Source: Macrostomum lignano
Lineage: Eukaryota
DNA: 64,000 nucleotides
Assembly: GCA_002269645.1 (NCBI GenBank)
Contig: NIVC01000087.1
Span: 744,001-808,000 of the forward strand
Reading direction: 5' to 3'
The notes beneath the pieces are model-generated. The model was given only the letters and a program-made list of their open reading frames with translations, did no database searches and was not told the origin of the DNA. Shown in pieces: positions 59,774-64,000 of this stretch (within the stretch, counting starts at the first letter, position 1; each line of letters starts with the position of its first letter). The position numbers and the translations under genes are program-made.

Positions 59774-62700
59774 TCAATGCCGATTCTGCTCAACACACTT
59801 GCACGTGTTGAGGCGGGACGGAGAGGCCTCCAGCTGTGAGCTGGCGTGTCGGAGAAGAGCCGCAACTTCTTCCATAAGCTTGAGCATTAGTGAGGAATCG
59901 GAGGAAGGAAGCAGAAAAAGTGGGGCGTGACGGAGGTTGAGGCTTAAGGCAGCGATGGTATGGCAAGGTGGAATGCTTAGGCAGCCGCCGCGTGGGTATT
60001 GTCCCTTACTGTATTCCCCAATCAATACTCCCAAGGTGGGCGTTCCTTACCTCACTCTCTCCCACCGACTTCACAATTCTGTAACTTCCCTTTTTTCTAT
60101 TCAGCAGCTTTCTCCCAAGCCTCCCGCTCTCTTCGGATTTTTCCCGCCCATGCTTTTACTGTTCATGACTCTCCTGACAGCCCCCTTCTCTCACCCACCC
60201 TTGCATCTCACCCCTTCCATCTCACCCTTCCATCTCACCCTCACATCTCACCCTTCCATCTCACCCTCACATCTCACCCTTCCATCTCACCCTTCCCTCT
60301 CACCCTTCCATCTCACCCTTCCATCTCACCCTTGCATCTCACCCATTCCATCTCACCCTTCCATCTCACCCTTCCCTCTCACCCTTCCATCTCACCCCTT
60401 TTATCTCACCCCTTCCACCTCACCCCTTCCACCTCACCCCTTCCACCTCACCCCTTCCATCTCACCTTTTTCCATCTCACCCTTCCATCTCACCCTTCCA
60501 TCTCACCCTTCCATCTCACCCTTCCATCTCACCCTTCCATCTTAACCTTTCTATCTCACTCCCTTCAATCTCAACCTCTCCATCTCACCCTTCATCTCAC
60601 CCTTCCATCTCACCCTCACATCTTACCCTTCCCTCTCACTCCCTTCGATCTCAACCTTTCCATCTCACCCTTCAATCTCAACCTTCCTTCTCACCCTTCC
60701 CTCTCACCCTTCCATCTCACCCTCACATCTCACCCTTTCCTCTCACCCTTCCCTCTCACCCCTTCCATCTCACCCCTTCCATCTCACCCCTTCCACCTCA
60801 CCCCTTCCACCTCAACCTTTCTATCTCACTCCCTTCAATCTCAACCTCTCCATCTCACCCTTCAATCTCAGCCTCTCCATCTCACCCTTCAATCTCAACC
60901 TTTCCACCTCACCCTTCGTCTCACCCTCCCATCTCACCCCTCCCATCTCATCCCTTCCATCTCACCCTTCCCATCTCACCCCTCTCATCTCAACCTTTCC
61001 ATCTTACCCCTTCCTTCTCACCCAATTCATCTCACCCACTCCATCTCACCCTTCCATTTCAACCTTTCCATATCAGTTCCTTCCTCTCATCCCCATCTTC
61101 TCGTCACCATTTTTCTATTTTTAAAGGCCTCGTTTTCCATGAAATGAAATGCCATCAGAATAATTAGATTGGAACCCGCATGGCTGACCAAAGCCAGACA
61201 GAATGATGAACACATATATGAGGCTGGTAGTGCATAGTTATTGACATGCAAGTTTATTACTAGTTGAAGCAGCAACACGGGCCTGTCTGCCAACTCAGTT
61301 GTCATTGACAGCTCTGCAACTGCCAAGAGCTGTCAGCTTGGGTGAGCTGCGCTAAAGCTTATCAATCAATTAAAAAAGCTCGCCATTGTGTCCAGCATCT
61401 CTGTGTCCAGCTTTTATCTTTTTATCAGCTTATACAATGCAGCCTAGAACGAATTGTTATCCAGCACCCGAAGGATTTGCACATAGCTTGTACAGATTTT
61501 GCATTGTCCGACTGTGGGATCTGGGACTCTTCTGCTGTTAGACTGCGGGATCTGGGGCTCTTCTGCTGTTAGACTGTGGGATCTGCGACTCTTCTGCTGT
61601 TAGACTGTGGGATCTGGGACTCTTCTGCTGTTAGACTGCGGGATCTGGGGCTCTTCTGCTGTTAGACTGTGGGATCTGCGACTCTTCTGCTGTTAGACTG
61701 TGGGATCTGCGACTCTTCTGCTGTTAGACTGTGGGATCTGGGACTCTTCTGCTGTTAGACTGTGGGATCTGCGACTCTTCTGCTGTTAGACTGTGGGATC
61801 TGCGACTCTTCTGCTGTTAGACTGCGGGATCTGGGGCTCTTCTGCTGTTAGACTGCGGGATCTGGGACTCTTCTGCTGTTAGACTGTAGGATCTGGGACT
61901 TTTCTGCTGTTAGACTGTGGGATCTGGGACTCTTCTGCTGTTAGACTGCGGGATCTGGGACTGTTCTGCTGTGGGACTGTGGATCTGGGACTCTTCTGCT
62001 GTTAGACTGTGGGATCTGGGGCTCTTCTGCTGTTAGACTGTGGGATCTGGGGCTCTTCTGCTGTTAGACTGTGGGATCTGGGACTGTTCTGCTGTGGGAC
62101 TGTAGGATCTGGGACTATTCTACTCTCGGACTGTAGGATCTGGGACTCTTCTACTCTCGGACTGTGGGATCTGGGACTCTTCTACTCTCGGACTGTGGGA
62201 TCTGGGACTCTTCTGCTGTCGGACTGTAGGATCTGGGACTCTTCTGCTGTCGGACTGTAGGATCTGGGACTCTTCTGCTGTTAGACTGCGGGATCTGGGA
62301 CTGTTCTGCTGTGGGACTGTAGGATCTGGGACTCCACTGCTGTCGGACTGTAGGATCTGGGACTCTCTGCTGTCGTGCTGCAGGATCTGGGACTCTTCTA
62401 CTCTCGGACTGTGGGATCTGGGACTCCACTGCTGTCGGACTGTAGGATCTGGGACTCTCTGCTGTCGTGCTGCAGGATCTGGAACTGTGGAACTCTGATA
62501 TTCCTATAGACTGCAACACTTAGTTTAAACTTTGCTTCAAGTTACAAAGAGGATTGAAATTTGCCGACTAGATTCTCGATCTGAACTGAAACGCGCAGTT
62601 TGTCCCGCAGGTGCTAAAGCTATCCTGCAAAAGGTTGAATGGTGCACGATGGGGAACCGAATACAGATTATATACTAGTAATTGCGACCGCCACCACGCA

Positions 62701-63927
62701 TCGCTCGCAAGTTTTCATTTTCATAAGAGTCGTGGACAAGGCTGCAGGAACGACCCCAAGGTGGAAGGCAGCACTTGCAGCAGCTTCTGCGCGGGCGGCC
62801 GCGCCGCAGGGGACCTGCGCGTTATATAGTTACTATAGGAGAGGCAGGCACAATTAAAGAGAGAATGCTGGGGGACGGTTGGCCATGGATTGCCAGACTG
62901 AGCTGCGAGTATCTGGCGTGGAAGCTAACTGGAAAACAACCAACTGGAAAGCCTTTATTGATTTTCTAAGAATCACAACAGTAGGTTTTTTTGCAATTGC
63001 ATCCGAAATCGAAACAGTCTTATACGATAGAATTGTTGCTTATTTGAGGGTCCGACAGCAGTGGAGTCCTAGATCCTACAGTCCGACAGCAGTGGAGTCC
63101 CAGATCCCACAGTCCGACAGCAGTGGAGTCCCAGATTCTACAGTCCGACAGCAATGGAGTCCCTGATCCCACAGTCCGACAGCAGTGGAGTCCCTGATCC
63201 CACAGTCCGAGAGCAGAAGAGTCCCAGATCCCACAGTCCGAGAGTAGAAGAGTCCCAGATCCTACAGTCCGAGAGTATAAGAGTCCCAGATCCCACAGTC
63301 CGATAGCAGAAGAGTCAGAGATCCTACACTCGGAGAGTAGAAGAGTCCCAGATTCTACAGTCCGAGAGCAGAAGAGTCCCAGATCCTACAGTCCGAGAGT
63401 GTCCCAGATCCCACAGTCCGACAGCAGAAGAGTCCCAGATCCCACAGTCTAACAGCAGAAGAGTCCCAGATCCCACAGTCTAACAGCAGAAGAGTCATAG
63501 ATCCCACAGTCCGACAGCAGAAGAGTCATAGATCCCACAGTCCGACAGCAGAAGAGTCATAGATCCCACAGTCCGACAGCAGAAGAGTCCCAGATCCCAC
63601 AGTCCGACAGCAGAAGAGTCATAGATCCCACAGTCGAACAGCAGAAGAGTCCCAGATCCCACAGTTTAACAGCAGAAGAGTCCCACAGTCCGAGGGTAGA
63701 AGTGTCCCAGAACTCACATGAGTTCACGCGGTTGCGTTAATAAGCCTGGGGATCGTCGTGCAATTAACTCCCACAAGGCCTAACGCACAAGACTCAGAGA
63801 GTACATGCCTTACGTAGAGTAGATGAGCTGCCTTGATCTGCAGTCGATCAGTCTTTCGACCATAAGACAGCAGATGCCAGCAGCGAGTGAACAGCTTCGC
63901 AAAGATGTTGAGCTTGGCCAGTTTCAC
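59774..63927 (-). CDS. Possible exons of an unidentified gene entering from the right edge: 63927-63814 (VKLAKLNIFAKLFTRCWHLLSYGRKTDRLQIKAAHLLY) and possibly 59878-59774
   Basis: 63927-63814 is bounded by tag| and TAC|GTAAGG (phase 0). 59878 follows a long pyrimidine tract, a CTAAT branch-like motif and aag|. No recognisable homology, and the linkage of the two exons is a guess. Confidence 0.3.
60200..61085. repeat. Degenerate 13-bp pyrimidine-rich minisatellite (ccatctcaccctt)
   Basis: Direct periodicity, with almost no G on the + strand. Confidence 0.93.
61508..62485. repeat. 31-bp minisatellite (gactgtgggatctgggactcttctgctgtta), left arm of an inverted pair
   Basis: ttctgctgtt at 61561 and 61592. 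Confidence 0.95.
63050..63692. repeat. 31-bp minisatellite in the opposite orientation (cagaagagtcccagatcccacagtccgacag), right arm
   Basis: Reverse complement of the 61508-62485 unit. Confidence 0.95.
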
Positions 63928-64000
63928 CTATCCAGACACTCTCCTTGGAACTCTTTGGACTGGCCGGCCACCTTGTCAGCTGGTTTCAGCAGCAGCAGCA

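Noticed and set aside
59633-59839. KAKESLLIH...NPS..LN resembling the end of a Penelope GIY-YIG domain
   Set aside because: The resemblance is vague, and no GIY/YIG motif or RT is nearby.
62611-62985. Short ORFs in the spacer between the inverted arrays (cadherin-like YILVIAT..IRVVD; LINE-linker-like NWKTTNWKAF)
   Set aside because: The frames are closed by nearby stops and the competing interpretations are mutually incompatible. A homology search is needed.

Overview
Eukaryotic (animal) genomic DNA: GC-rich spliced exons in AT-rich, repeat-loaded introns. The style fits a flatworm such as Macrostomum, but that is inference only. All gene models were built by hand from GT-AG sites and reading frame; gene names come from remembered similarity, not a database search. 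Genes: the 5' end of a CEP128-like gene (-, 1-610), a 2-exon branched-chain aminotransferase (-, 3644-6377), a 7-exon SEC31 (+, 28726-37202), PI4KB (+, 38743-43295) and a PKDCC/VLK-like secreted kinase (-, 47137-~56080), plus weakly supported exons of an unidentified gene at the right end. PI4KB and PKDCC each have an unresolved frame problem at the 5' end. The most striking structure is a nested transposon stack at 9215-25472. A 15-kb head-to-tail concatemer of non-autonomous Helitrons (TC...hairpin-CTAG), each carrying a kb-scale 23-bp satellite, sits at an A|T site of a small Harbinger-like MITE. The same MITE also hosts a hAT element that itself contains another MITE copy. Also present: a dead DD34D mariner, two inverted tRNA-derived SINEs bracketing central SEC31 exons, a candidate 66-nt SEC31 cassette exon, a 190-bp palindrome, a second hAT carrying a minisatellite, inverted 31-bp arrays, and distinct minisatellites in many introns. 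No CRISPR array, rRNA or genuine tRNA gene was found.
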